This document shows positions 41,360 through 50,744 of a stretch of DNA of 64,000 bases, one piece after another. The stretch covers positions 1 to 64,000 of the forward strand of contig CAWEXO010000012.1 of NCBI GenBank assembly GCA_963813025.1, written 5' to 3'. The stretch's first letter is position 1. Each line of letters starts with the position of its first letter. This stretch comes from an uncultured Verrucomicrobiae bacterium (GTDB taxonomy: Bacteria > Verrucomicrobiota > Verrucomicrobiia > Chthoniobacterales > JAFAMB01). The position numbers were made by a program, and so were the translations under genes. The notes under the pieces were generated by a model, which saw nothing but the letters and a program-made list of their open reading frames with translations, did not search any database and was not told where the DNA came from.

Positions 41360-42193
41360 ATGAAAACGACGAGAAAATCTCGACCTATCGTCACGATTCT
41401 GACCGACTTCGGGTTGGCCGACTATTTCGTTGGCGCAATGAAAGGGGTGATTCTCACCAGGAATCCGAAGGCAAATCTCGTTGACATCACGCACGAAATT
41501 CCGCCTCAGGACGTTGCGACCGGCGCCTTTACCTTGCTCTCAACCTATCGTTATTTTCCACCCGGTACCATTCATTTGGCCGTGGTTGATCCAGGCGTCG
41601 GTTCGACCCGTCGTCCGATCGTGGTCCAGGCAGCAAATCAATATTTCGTGGGTCCTGACAACGGACTTTTTTCTCTGGTTATCGATCGAGTTTCGGAGGC
41701 TGTCATCACACACTCGACGAATCCAGATTACTTTCTTCCTGAAGGTAGTTCTACGTTTCACGGGCGCGATATCTTTGCTCCGGTAGCCGCCGCGCTTACA
41801 CTGGGTGTTGAACCTCATCAGCTCGGGCCAACGATCCTTGACCCGGTAAGGCTGCAACCAGAGAAAATTCAACGCGCAGAAGATGGGTCGCTAATCGGCT
41901 GCGTCATCCATGTTGATCATTTCGGGAATTGCGTGACAAATCTCCCTTGGAGCGAACTCAAACCACTTCTCGCAGATAGGCCTTTTCGCTGTCGCGTGAG
42001 GAATCTCGAAATCAACCGGCTCGTGACCTACTACAGTGAAGCGGCAGATCCTCGCGAGCCGTTCCTGATCGCCGGAAGTGCGGGTTTTCTTGAGATCTCG
42101 CTTAATCGCGCTTCCGCCTCAAGGGAGTTGAGCATCGGTCTCGGCGAGCCGGTGATTCTGAGCTCGCGCGCTCCGATAGCGGATGACCGATGA
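41360..42193 (+). CDS. SAM hydroxide adenosyltransferase / chlorinase-fluorinase family (DUF62)
   Basis: TILTDFGLADYFVGAMKGV, VDITHEIPP, VVDPGVGSTR, GPDNG, SSTFHGRDIFAPVAA, DHFGN. Confidence 0.92.
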   Translation: MKTTRKSRPIVTILTDFGLADYFVGAMKGVILTRNPKANLVDITHEIPPQDVATGAFTLLSTYRYFPPGTIHLAVVDPGVGSTRRPIVVQAANQYFVGPDNGLFSLVIDRVSEAVITHSTNPDYFLPEGSSTFHGRDIFAPVAAALTLGVEPHQLGPTILDPVRLQPEKIQRAEDGSLIGCVIHVDHFGNCVTNLPWSELKPLLADRPFRCRVRNLEINRLVTYYSEAADPREPFLIAGSAGFLEISLNRASASRELSIGLGEPVILSSRAPIADDR

Positions 42194-42400
42194 CCAACGG
42201 CCGATAGCCGATGACCAATGACGATAATCGAGCAGCGAAGCCCAATATGTCAATCGCGCATGCGCTTGGGTCGAGAGGGTAAAGCGGAAACGCCTGCGCA
42301 GTAACGCCGATCAGGACTCGATTGGCCGCCTACCTTGTCGGCTATTGGCTATCGTCATTGCTCATTGGATACTGGTCATCGGCCAGCCGTCATTGGCTTG
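42175..42400. repeat. Degenerate heptamer repeats in inverted arrangement between convergent genes
   Basis: gatagcggatgaccgatgaccaacggccgatagccgatgaccaatgac ... ggctattggctatcgtcattgctcattggatactggtcatcggccagccgtcattggc. Confidence 0.65.
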
Positions 42401-42411
42401 GCAATCTCCCC

Positions 42412-44160
42412 TCAGCCCGGCAGCGGAAAACGGCGGGTCATCGAGCACACGCTCTCCCGAACCTTTCCCAGCACCGCCTCGTCGCCGGGTGAACTCAAAG
42501 CCTGATCGAGCAAATCCGCGATGTCCATCATGTCCTCCTCTCGCATGCCGCGAGTCGTGACCGCTGGTGTGCCAAGGCGGATTCCGCCCGCTTTAAAGAC
42601 ACTCTCAGTGTCAAAGGGAATGGCATTCTTGTTCACGGTAATGCCGGCGCGGTCCAACGTCTCCTGAGCCTGTTTGCCATTCAAACCCTTCGGCCGAAGA
42701 TCAACCAGCATCAGGTGATTGTCCGTGCCTCCGGAAACCAGGCGGTATCCTTTCATTCCCAAGCTGGCGGAGAGCGCCTTCGCGTTCAGCAGGATCTGCT
42801 GTTGATACTGCCTAAAATCATCCTGAAGAGCCTCTTTGAAGCAGACGGCTTTTGCCGCGATCACGTGCATCAAAGGGCCTCCCTGAATTCCGGGGAACAT
42901 TTGGCTGTCGATGGTTTTGGCGTATTCGGGTTTACACATGACCAGACCACCCCGCGGACCCCGGAGACTCTTGTGAGTCGTGGTGGTCACAAAATCGGCC
43001 AAACCAACCGGGCTGGGGTGCAAACCGGCCACTACCAGGCCAGCAATATGCGCAATATCGACAAACAGATAGGCACCCACCGAATCCGCGATCTCGCGCA
43101 TCCGATGAAAATCGATCACGCGCGGATAGGCCGAAGCCCCTGCCGTAATCATGCGCGGGCTAGTCTCGCGGGCGATGCGTCCCAGCGCTTCGTAGTCGAT
43201 GATCTCCTTTTCTTGGCTCACCCCGTAATGAGTGACTTCGAAAAAGCGCCCGGAAAAATTCGCTTTGTTCCCGTGGGTCAAATGTCCGCCGTGCGACAAG
43301 TCCATAGTCAAGATCTTATCACCAGGCTGTAATACACTGAAATAGACCGCCATGTTGGCCTGGCTCCCACTGTGTGCCTGCACGTTCACGTGTTCCGCAC
43401 CAAAAAGTTGCTTTGCCCGATCAATGGCCAGCTGTTCAACAATATCGACAAATTCGCATCCGCCGTACCAGCGGCGCCCGGGATAACCCTCGGAGTATTT
43501 GTTTGTCAGCAAGGAGCCTTGTGCTTCCATTACCGCGCGGCTGGCAAAATTTTCCGAGGCAATCAATTCGATATTCTCGAATTGGCGGTTTTTTTCCCGC
43601 TCGATCGCCTCATAAATTTCGAGATCAACTTCTCGTAGACCGCGATTCCCTGATAGATTCATTGGTGCATTGTCCTGGTTGCGTTCCCGCCCATTCGATT
43701 CCACAAAATTCAGGAGACCGGGCAACGCGCGTTCGATAATGTCGCGGGCAGCTACGTACGCATTATACCCCATTCCGATCGGATCGGCGACGTCTAAAGA
43801 ATCTGCATTGGGCTCGAACTCCCGCAACAGATAGGCCTTCTCGGCGGCCTCTGGATAGAAATAGAGCATCTGATCCAGATGACTTCTGGTCATCACGATA
43901 ATCCAGGAAGCCGCATTCACCTGTTCATCGGAAAGGCTCTGGCTTCTGAATCCGGATATATCAATGCCGCTTTCCTTCAGTACTTCGACGGCATGCGCAC
44001 TGGGTGGTTGGCCTGGATAAGCGCTTAGCCCGGCTGAACTGACATGAATATCTGTCCGGTCACCCAGCAGCCGCCGGAACAACCCTTCGGCCATCGGACT
44101 GCGGCAGATATTCCCCGTGCAAACAAACAGCACTGATTTTTTTTGAGTCAAAGCAGCCAA
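42412..44160 (-). CDS. glyA: Fusion of a low-molecular-weight protein phosphatase and serine hydroxymethyltransferase
   Basis: N-terminal [16 protein letters not shown] and DVADPIG. C-terminal [71 protein letters not shown]. Single ORF with no stop between the domains. Confidence 0.93.
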   Translation of the reverse strand: MAALTQKKSVLFVCTGNICRSPMAEGLFRRLLGDRTDIHVSSAGLSAYPGQPPSAHAVEVLKESGIDISGFRSQSLSDEQVNAASWIIVMTRSHLDQMLYFYPEAAEKAYLLREFEPNADSLDVADPIGMGYNAYVAARDIIERALPGLLNFVESNGRERNQDNAPMNLSGNRGLREVDLEIYEAIEREKNRQFENIELIASENFASRAVMEAQGSLLTNKYSEGYPGRRWYGGCEFVDIVEQLAIDRAKQLFGAEHVNVQAHSGSQANMAVYFSVLQPGDKILTMDLSHGGHLTHGNKANFSGRFFEVTHYGVSQEKEIIDYEALGRIARETSPRMITAGASAYPRVIDFHRMREIADSVGAYLFVDIAHIAGLVVAGLHPSPVGLADFVTTTTHKSLRGPRGGLVMCKPEYAKTIDSQMFPGIQGGPLMHVIAAKAVCFKEALQDDFRQYQQQILLNAKALSASLGMKGYRLVSGGTDNHLMLVDLRPKGLNGKQAQETLDRAGITVNKNAIPFDTESVFKAGGIRLGTPAVTTRGMREEDMMDIADLLDQALSSPGDEAVLGKVRESVCSMTRRFPLPG

Positions 44161-44302
44161 AGCTTACACCGCACATCATTGGTCGCAAGCCGCACTGGCT
44201 CGCCCGTTACGCTAGTGGAACGCGGTCCATCCGACCACAAGCAACCACAACAAGTTCGACGGTTGTGGGGTCATTCTTGAAAAGCGCGCTGCGATTCGAG
44301 TC

Positions 44303-45661
44303 TTGAGGTGCTTTCGAGATGACAGTACCATTTTGCCGCCTTTGAATCCGTTGACTGTTTTTGATTATGCCGAGGCGCTTTTCCGGCTCGTTCTCATCCG
44401 GACTGGGCGGAAAGCGACCGCCCAGAAAGTCGTGCAGGAGACGGTGAGTTCCGCTTGGGAAAAGGCCGGCGGCCGGCTGGCGGCCATTGATCTTGAGAGG
44501 CTCTTTCAAACTGTCCTCGAATGGAAAGACGCCGATTTACCATCGGTCAATCCCGAGTTATCCGGTTGGCCGCTCGCCCTGCACCGGCTGCCAGAGCCGA
44601 CGAGATCGATTCTTGTCCTATTCTACCTGGAAGTCCTTGAGCCGGCCGCAGCCGCCCGCGCAGCCAAAGTTTCTTTAGACCAATTTGCAACGTTGGTCTC
44701 GACCGGACGCCGCTTGCTCGCGGCCACTTCGTTCAGCGGTCCGGACGCAGCGGGCCCAGTTATGAGCGGACCGCTTGCTTCCCTGATCCGACCGGCGTAC
44801 GAACGATCCCCGGAACTGGCTGACACCGTCCGCCAAATCCAAGTCGATCCGGCCAGCGCCACGGAGCTTCAGCGGCAGATCGCCTTTGATGACGAAGTAG
44901 TCGCCGGCATCAGAAAGATCATTCTCAGCGAACCGCAAACGGCGGAACTGGAGCAGTCTCTTACCAGAAGCGGGTCCAGAGCTGAGTCAAAGCTCCCTTT
45001 GGTTCCGGCAACGACGCCAATCGCCACCGCGAACCAATCGCCCGAGCCTGGTCCTACGGCCTCTCCGCCCAATGACGCGGAGGACGGCGCGTTTCGACCA
45101 AGTTCAACCAAGCCAGAAAAACCAGATGAGCAGACCGATAAGCTGCCCAGCGGAGCTCCTCGCCGCACAATTCTGATCGCGGTCGGTGTCGGCCTCATTG
45201 CCACCTGTGCCATGATTGTCTGGATAATCGCTGATCAGCTCAACTCATTCACCGGCTCGGAACGCGTCGGTCAATTGCTGGAATCGGCCAACGACCTGAA
45301 GGGGGACGAATTTGAGCCAGTCGATAGCACCGGCAAGGATGTCGAAGACTGGTTCTTTCTGAAACACGGTCTGGAGCACTTTGGCGTCCCCGCGCGATTT
45401 GCCGATACGGAGACACTGGGGGGGCGGGTCTTCAAATTTGACGGTACGGAGGTTGGGCAGATCATGGCCGTCGGCGAGAAAAAGATGCTATTCTACTTGT
45501 TCCCCGCAGACGAACTCGGGGTGAAGGTGCACAACGGCAAATGGAACATTGTGGAGGACGGGTCGTGGGTGGGTGCAGTAACAGGTATGAACGATACCGC
45601 TTTCGTGGTGGCCATCCACGGCAATCGGGAAGACATGGAGAAACTGCTGGCGAAGAAATAG
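44303..45661 (+). CDS. ECF sigma-like (regions 2 and 4) plus anti-sigma-like domain, TM and extracytoplasmic domain in one protein
   Basis: YAEALFRLV...AQKVVQET (sigma2-like); LHRLPEPTRSILVLFYLE...LVSTGRRLL (sigma4-like); ELQRQIAFDDEV helix; TM ILIAVGVGLIATCAMIVWIIA. Confidence 0.6.
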   Translation: MRCFRDDSTILPPLNPLTVFDYAEALFRLVLIRTGRKATAQKVVQETVSSAWEKAGGRLAAIDLERLFQTVLEWKDADLPSVNPELSGWPLALHRLPEPTRSILVLFYLEVLEPAAAARAAKVSLDQFATLVSTGRRLLAATSFSGPDAAGPVMSGPLASLIRPAYERSPELADTVRQIQVDPASATELQRQIAFDDEVVAGIRKIILSEPQTAELEQSLTRSGSRAESKLPLVPATTPIATANQSPEPGPTASPPNDAEDGAFRPSSTKPEKPDEQTDKLPSGAPRRTILIAVGVGLIATCAMIVWIIADQLNSFTGSERVGQLLESANDLKGDEFEPVDSTGKDVEDWFFLKHGLEHFGVPARFADTETLGGRVFKFDGTEVGQIMAVGEKKMLFYLFPADELGVKVHNGKWNIVEDGSWVGAVTGMNDTAFVVAIHGNREDMEKLLAKK

Positions 45662-45752
45662 CCTGCGTCACTCGCAATTCTTAAGGATTTGCGAACGATG
45701 CAGGCTAAAACGTTGGCTTCCATTCCGGTGAAGATCGCTTATAATTTTACTT

Positions 45753-46292
45753 ATGGTCGAAGTCTTGGGAGTCTTCGGCTTCCTGAGTTGGCTTTTCGTT
45801 ACTTTCTGCGAATGGCTAAGCTGTCTTGCTTTTTTTCCAGCGGTTGTTCTGGGCTGCATTTTGATTCCTGTCCTAGCCGGCCGCGATTATCGGCAGCTGG
45901 CGCGAAAATGGCAGCTGCAAGGTATGTTCGCTCACCGGGAACCGGTGCCTCCGGAGCGATTCTACTGGGGCGCGCGAGCCAATAAACTAGGGTGGCGTGC
46001 GAGCTTGTTGTCCGCTGCAACCATCCTCGCGTGGTGGAACGCGGCCACTTTTCCCGCTTCGCTGACGGTCACTCCCGAGGCCATTCTCGGCTGGCTGAAC
46101 GCGATCGCCGGAATCCTAACCAGCAGTCGATTGGTCAGCCTGTTAATTCTTTTTTTCCGGGCTTCCCAGTGGTTCGATGCGATGACCCCCGACGTGGTCG
46201 GCCTGTTCCGTCGCACAATGTACCGGCTCTCGGACAACTACGAGTACTTGGGACAGAAAAAACGCGATCCCGAGAAAGAGGAAGTGTATTAG
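45753..46292 (+). CDS. Hypothetical membrane protein
   Basis: 179-aa ORF with 3-4 hydrophobic segments; ATG follows an AT-rich promoter-like region (TATAAT). Confidence 0.65.
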   Translation: MVEVLGVFGFLSWLFVTFCEWLSCLAFFPAVVLGCILIPVLAGRDYRQLARKWQLQGMFAHREPVPPERFYWGARANKLGWRASLLSAATILAWWNAATFPASLTVTPEAILGWLNAIAGILTSSRLVSLLILFFRASQWFDAMTPDVVGLFRRTMYRLSDNYEYLGQKKRDPEKEEVY

Positions 46293-46316
46293 GAGTTTAG
46301 AGGAACGGGCCCCCGC

Positions 46317-46361
46317 CGGCAGGCGATCCGCCTTGGCGGACGAGCGCCAGGCGAGCACTTG
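46317..46361 (-). repeat. ~45-bp dispersed palindromic repeat, copy 2
   Basis: Reverse complement matches 15474-15519, with a TCCGCCAxGGCGGA hairpin core. Confidence 0.75.
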
Positions 46362-46670
46362 TTTGACCATGTCCGCCATAGCTTTAACGGCGAAGAAGCC
46401 GGCCATTGGGATTGGCCACCCTCCAGGGAGTCTCTTTCTGATTCTCGCCCCAGCAAAAATCTTTTTCCGGAGTTGCCTGCCTGACAACGGCGCGTTTGGC
46501 GATCTGGAGCATATCGGGGAACTACTTCGAACGACGGCAATTGCAGCAGCCGGTCAATCGGGGTACCCTGAGTTTTTTGAGACGCTTCAGAGACTGCAGC
46601 AGTCCAGTTATGAGCAAAGCTCAAAAAAGATTGAGATCCCAGCCTAAGGACAAAAAGAGCTTTTGTAATC

Positions 46671-47267
46671 ATGCGATCCGATATTGTGCCCGGCGCGCTT
46701 TTTCCCGACTATGAACTCACTGATCACGCTGCGAAGCGCCGTAAGCTCTCAGAACTGCAGGGTCAGCATCCCATGGTTCTCGTGCTCAGCCGCGGAGGTT
46801 TTTGCCCCAAGGACCGGCGCCAGGCCGAACTACTAGTCCAACTGCACCGGGAGCTGGAAGTTGCCTATTGCCGTCTAGTCACGATCAGCACCGACAATAT
46901 CACTCTTACGAACGAGTACCGCACAGGTGTCGGTGCTCACTGGCCGTTCCTCTCTGATGCGGGACGAATCGTTCAGAAGGATCTCGACATTGCGGAATAC
47001 ACGGATCCAGTCAACAATCCGATGATTCCACATGTCATCGTTCTGGAACCCGGCCTTATCATATACAAGATCTACAACGGCTATTGGTTCTTCGGCCGGC
47101 CGACGCTTGAGGATCTCCGTCAGGACCTCCGCGCCGTCACCCAAAAGTGTCGGCCGGACTGGGATATCACAACGCCAGAAATGAAGGCCGCATGGAAGGA
47201 AGGCCGCAAGGACCTCTTTTATGCTTATGGCAAGACTTATGTTCAAACGCTCGGCGAGCAGGATTAG
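46671..47267 (+). CDS. AhpC/TSA redoxin-family protein
   Basis: PGALFPDYELTD, VLSRGGFCPKD, LVTISTD, WPFLSD, YNGYWFFGRP. Confidence 0.85.
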   Translation: MRSDIVPGALFPDYELTDHAAKRRKLSELQGQHPMVLVLSRGGFCPKDRRQAELLVQLHRELEVAYCRLVTISTDNITLTNEYRTGVGAHWPFLSDAGRIVQKDLDIAEYTDPVNNPMIPHVIVLEPGLIIYKIYNGYWFFGRPTLEDLRQDLRAVTQKCRPDWDITTPEMKAAWKEGRKDLFYAYGKTYVQTLGEQD

Positions 47268-47338
47268 AGTCGGTTTTCCATCGAAAACTACTTTCGTCAT
47301 CGGCCGTTTTGCGACTAATGCTGACTTTTCCGCGCTGC

Positions 47339-47470
47339 GGACCTCCGTCTCGGTCATCCCTGCCCTCCCAACGGGGGATCGATCTAAAGTGCATTAGGCG
47401 GGGATCCAGTGTCGCTCACTCGCCGGGCACCGAGCCGGTTTTATCTCTGGCGTGGTCCCTCTTTTCTTTT
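47339..47470 (+). ncRNA. Candidate structured cis-regulatory leader (riboswitch/attenuator) upstream of egtB
   Basis: Nested stems found by eye (47339-43/47454-58; 47345-54/47429-38; 47356-64/47397-405; three internal hairpins). An alternative hairpin 47425-47459 is followed by TCTTTTCTTTT. Confidence 0.45.
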
Positions 47471-47482
47471 AAAGTCTACGTC

Positions 47483-48793
47483 GTGCCTACCCTTCCAATA
47501 GCTTCGACGGGGACCAGAATATCACGGAACCACCCAGACAAACGGTCCGATGACCTGGCCGCAGCCTATCGTCGCGTTCGAGAGCTGAGCGAAAGCCTTT
47601 GTGAAACGCTTCGGCCAGAGGATTGCGTCGTCCAGACTGTTCCCGAGGTGAGTCCGACGAAATGGCATCTCGCGCATACCAGCTGGTTTTTTGAGACTTT
47701 TGTCCTCAAAGAAGCTCTGTTGGACTACACGCCGATCAACGCGCAGTACGCTTATTTGTTCAATTCCTACTACAATGCCGCTGGTAAGATGCACTGCCGG
47801 CCTAAGCGCGGCCTTATCTCGCGGCCCACTTTAAGCGAGACTTTAGAATACCGACGTGAAGTGGATGCGCTGATGGAAGGCATTTTGGAAAATGAGGAGC
47901 TCCTCAAGCAGTTCGCGCCCACTGTTGTCCTGGGAATCAATCACGAACAACAACATCAGGAGCTGATGTTGACCGACATAAAACACGTGTTCTCTGAAAA
48001 CCCTTTACGCCCCATCTTTCGCGAGCGCGCAGAAACAACCCGCTCCACGGTTCGTCCGATACGATGGGTGCCATTCAAGGCCGGAGTTTATCAGATCGGG
48101 CACGTTGGCGGCGGATTTTTTTACGATAACGAGGAGCCGCGGCACCGGCAGTGGGTTGAGGATTTCCATCTCGCGTCTCGCCTCGTTACGAACGGAGAAT
48201 ACATTGAATTTATCGAAGACGGCGGCTATCGCCGGCCAGAATTTTGGCTGTCACTCGGTTGGTACACGGTTGGTGAACAGCGCTGGGAAGCGCCACTCTA
48301 TTGGGAAGGCGGTGACGGGAATTGGTCGATTTTCACGCTCAGCGGCGTACGCAAATTAGACAAGAATGAACCCGTTTGTCATGTCAGTTATTTTGAGGCC
48401 GATGCGTTTGCCCGTTGGGCTGGCGCCCGCTTGCCTACAGAATTTGAGTGGGAGGTTGCGGCTGGAGATTTGCCACCCGCCGGAAACTTTGTCGAGGATG
48501 AAATTTTTCATCCGAAACCGATCGACGAATCGGCCCCCCGCGAATCTATCGCTCAAATATTTGGCGACCTGTGGGAATGGACGAGTAGCTCCTATTCCCC
48601 TTATCCGGGTTACGTCACCGCTCCGGGTGCACTGGGCGAATACAATGGTAAATTCATGTGCAACCAGTACGTGTTACGGGGTGGCTCGTGCGCTACCTCG
48701 CGGTCGCACATCCGGAAGACCTATCGGAATTTTTTCCCGCCAAACGCGCGTTGGCAATTCATGGGAATTCGTTTAGCCAAAGACGCGCACTAG
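47483..48793 (+). CDS. egtB: Ergothioneine biosynthesis sulfoxide synthase EgtB
   Basis: SPTKWHLAHTSWFFETF, FNSYY, HEQQHQEL iron motif, FGE-sulfatase-like domain (RLPTEFEWE, GDLWEWT, EYNGKFM, VLRGGS). Start taken at GTG 47483. Confidence 0.93.
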   Translation: MPTLPIASTGTRISRNHPDKRSDDLAAAYRRVRELSESLCETLRPEDCVVQTVPEVSPTKWHLAHTSWFFETFVLKEALLDYTPINAQYAYLFNSYYNAAGKMHCRPKRGLISRPTLSETLEYRREVDALMEGILENEELLKQFAPTVVLGINHEQQHQELMLTDIKHVFSENPLRPIFRERAETTRSTVRPIRWVPFKAGVYQIGHVGGGFFYDNEEPRHRQWVEDFHLASRLVTNGEYIEFIEDGGYRRPEFWLSLGWYTVGEQRWEAPLYWEGGDGNWSIFTLSGVRKLDKNEPVCHVSYFEADAFARWAGARLPTEFEWEVAAGDLPPAGNFVEDEIFHPKPIDESAPRESIAQIFGDLWEWTSSSYSPYPGYVTAPGALGEYNGKFMCNQYVLRGGSCATSRSHIRKTYRNFFPPNARWQFMGIRLAKDAH

Positions 48794-48920
48794 CGTTCCT
48801 TTAAAACACTCCCGCTGCGACCGCGGTTCTCGCTTGGAGCGAATAGTTATCAATGATCAGCGGAAGATCACGCTGACCGAACCCTGAGCGGACTACGCGT
48901 AAAAATCACTTTTTCGCCCG

Positions 48921-49889
48921 ATGAATGCCCATAACAAATCCGTTCAACGCGATACAGAGCCGAATCAATATAGTTTTTGCGACGAGGTTTTACGCGGTCT
49001 CGCACAGCGCCCTAAACGGATCGCATCGAAATTTTTTTATGACGAGGTTGGCTGTCGCCTTTTTGAGGAAATTTGCCAACTCGGCGAGTATTATCTCACT
49101 CGTACTGAGATCGACATCCTGCGCGAAAACGCGATCGGAATTTGCCGGGCACTGGGACCCGAGTGTCTTTTGATCGAATTCGGCAGCGGCAGCAATATCA
49201 AAACCCGCATCCTGCTCGACCATTTGTTCGCGCCGGCCGCGTACGTGCCGGTCGACATCGCACGAAACAATTTGTTGCGATGCTCGGCCCGACTTGCGGG
49301 CGATTATCCCGACCTTTGCATTCTGCCGGTCTGTGCCGACTTCACAGCCGACTTTGCGCTGCCCGAGGTGCCGTCGGCATTGCAACGGATCGTTGCATTT
49401 TTCCCTGGCTCCACCATTGGCAATCTCGAGCCGGCTGAGGCTGAAGATTTTCTTCACCGGACAGCAGCGCTCTGCGGTCCCGGCGGTGGACTCCTGATTG
49501 GCATAGATCTAAAAAAAGAACCGAAACGGCTGGAGCGAGCCTACAACGATGCGCGCGGCGTAACCGCCAGATTTAATCTGAACCTGCTCGCCCGCATCAA
49601 TCGCAGCTTTGGAGTGGATATTCCGCGCGAAAATTTCCGCCACCACGCGTTCTACAACGCAGAAATCGGCCGAATCGAAATGCATCTGGTCAGCCTGACG
49701 GAGCAGACCGTACAATTGAATGGCACCCGCATTGCCTTTGCCGAGGGAGAACAGATTGCCACGGAATACTCGTACAAATACACCGTTCGGGAGTTCGGCG
49801 ACCTCGCGATGCGATCGGGATGGAGCGTTCGGGAGGTTTGGACCGATCCTGAGCACTTATTTTGCGTACAGCATCTTGTGGCGCGGTAA
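48921..49889 (+). CDS. egtD: L-histidine N-alpha-methyltransferase EgtD
   Basis: KFFYDEVG, EYYLTRTE, EFGSGS, FPGSTIGN, AYNDARGVTARFNLN, RIEMHL, TEYSYKY. Confidence 0.94.
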   Translation: MNAHNKSVQRDTEPNQYSFCDEVLRGLAQRPKRIASKFFYDEVGCRLFEEICQLGEYYLTRTEIDILRENAIGICRALGPECLLIEFGSGSNIKTRILLDHLFAPAAYVPVDIARNNLLRCSARLAGDYPDLCILPVCADFTADFALPEVPSALQRIVAFFPGSTIGNLEPAEAEDFLHRTAALCGPGGGLLIGIDLKKEPKRLERAYNDARGVTARFNLNLLARINRSFGVDIPRENFRHHAFYNAEIGRIEMHLVSLTEQTVQLNGTRIAFAEGEQIATEYSYKYTVREFGDLAMRSGWSVREVWTDPEHLFCVQHLVAR

Positions 49890-50009
49890 CAGGCGACATC
49901 TTGGAAAGCACAGCGTCGCAAACGCTGCCGAAGGGGGCAAAGCTCCTGTTTTAAAATTGCGGATCGGCAATCGCCGCGTCGCCAATCGTGCGCAGATGAG
50001 CTTTCGAAA

Positions 50010-50744
50010 ATGATCAAACTCAGTTCTGTAAGCAAAGAATTCGGTACGACAGTCGCCCTTCACGAAACGAGTCTGGATATTTCTGGCGGCAAAACAACCG
50101 TACTGATCGGCCCGAGTGGCTGCGGCAAGTCAACAATTTTGAGACTAATCATTGGTTTACTTGAGCCTACCAGCGGCACAATCGAAATTAACGGCGACCG
50201 TGTTACGCCAGCAAACATCCTCAATTTGCGGCGGCGCATCGGGTATGTAATTCAGGAGGGCGGGCTGTTCGCTCATTTGACAGCCAGACAAAATATATTG
50301 CTCATGGCAAAGCATCTAAAACAGCCAGCAGAGCGAATGGAAACCCGCCTGCGTGAGCTCTGTGAGTTGAGTCATTTCCCCGAAGATGCGCTCCCACGTT
50401 ATCCAGTCGAACTCTCCGGCGGCCAGCGGCAACGGGTAGGCCTGATGCGCGCGCTTATGCTTCAGCCTTCGGTGCTGCTGCTGGATGAGCCGCTCGGCGC
50501 GCTTGATCCGATGGTCCGCGCCCGTCTGCAGGATGAGTTGAAGGAAATTTTCAAACGGCTGCAACAGACCATTATAATGGTCACTCACGATATGGCTGAG
50601 GCCGGCTTTTTTGCCGATTGCATTGTGCTGCTGAATGAAGGCCGCATCGTCCAATCCGGAACGCTCGATGACCTGCGGACGAGGCCGGCCACAGAGTTCG
50701 TCCGGGAATTTCTACGCGCTCAGCGCGTACTTGAGGCCATATGA
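50010..50744 (+). CDS. Osmoprotectant/quaternary amine ABC transporter ATP-binding protein (no CBS domains)
   Basis: [44 protein letters not shown]. Confidence 0.9.
   Translation: MIKLSSVSKEFGTTVALHETSLDISGGKTTVLIGPSGCGKSTILRLIIGLLEPTSGTIEINGDRVTPANILNLRRRIGYVIQEGGLFAHLTARQNILLMAKHLKQPAERMETRLRELCELSHFPEDALPRYPVELSGGQRQRVGLMRALMLQPSVLLLDEPLGALDPMVRARLQDELKEIFKRLQQTIIMVTHDMAEAGFFADCIVLLNEGRIVQSGTLDDLRTRPATEFVREFLRAQRVLEAI

Noticed and set aside
41360..42193. DUF62 gene as a halogenase of a natural-product cluster
   Set aside because: Most family members are SAM hydrolases, and there is no biosynthetic context nearby.
47147..47482. 112-codon N-terminal extension of EgtB
   Set aside because: It overlaps the redoxin gene and the structured leader and has no EgtB-like content; an open frame of this length can occur by chance in GC-rich DNA.
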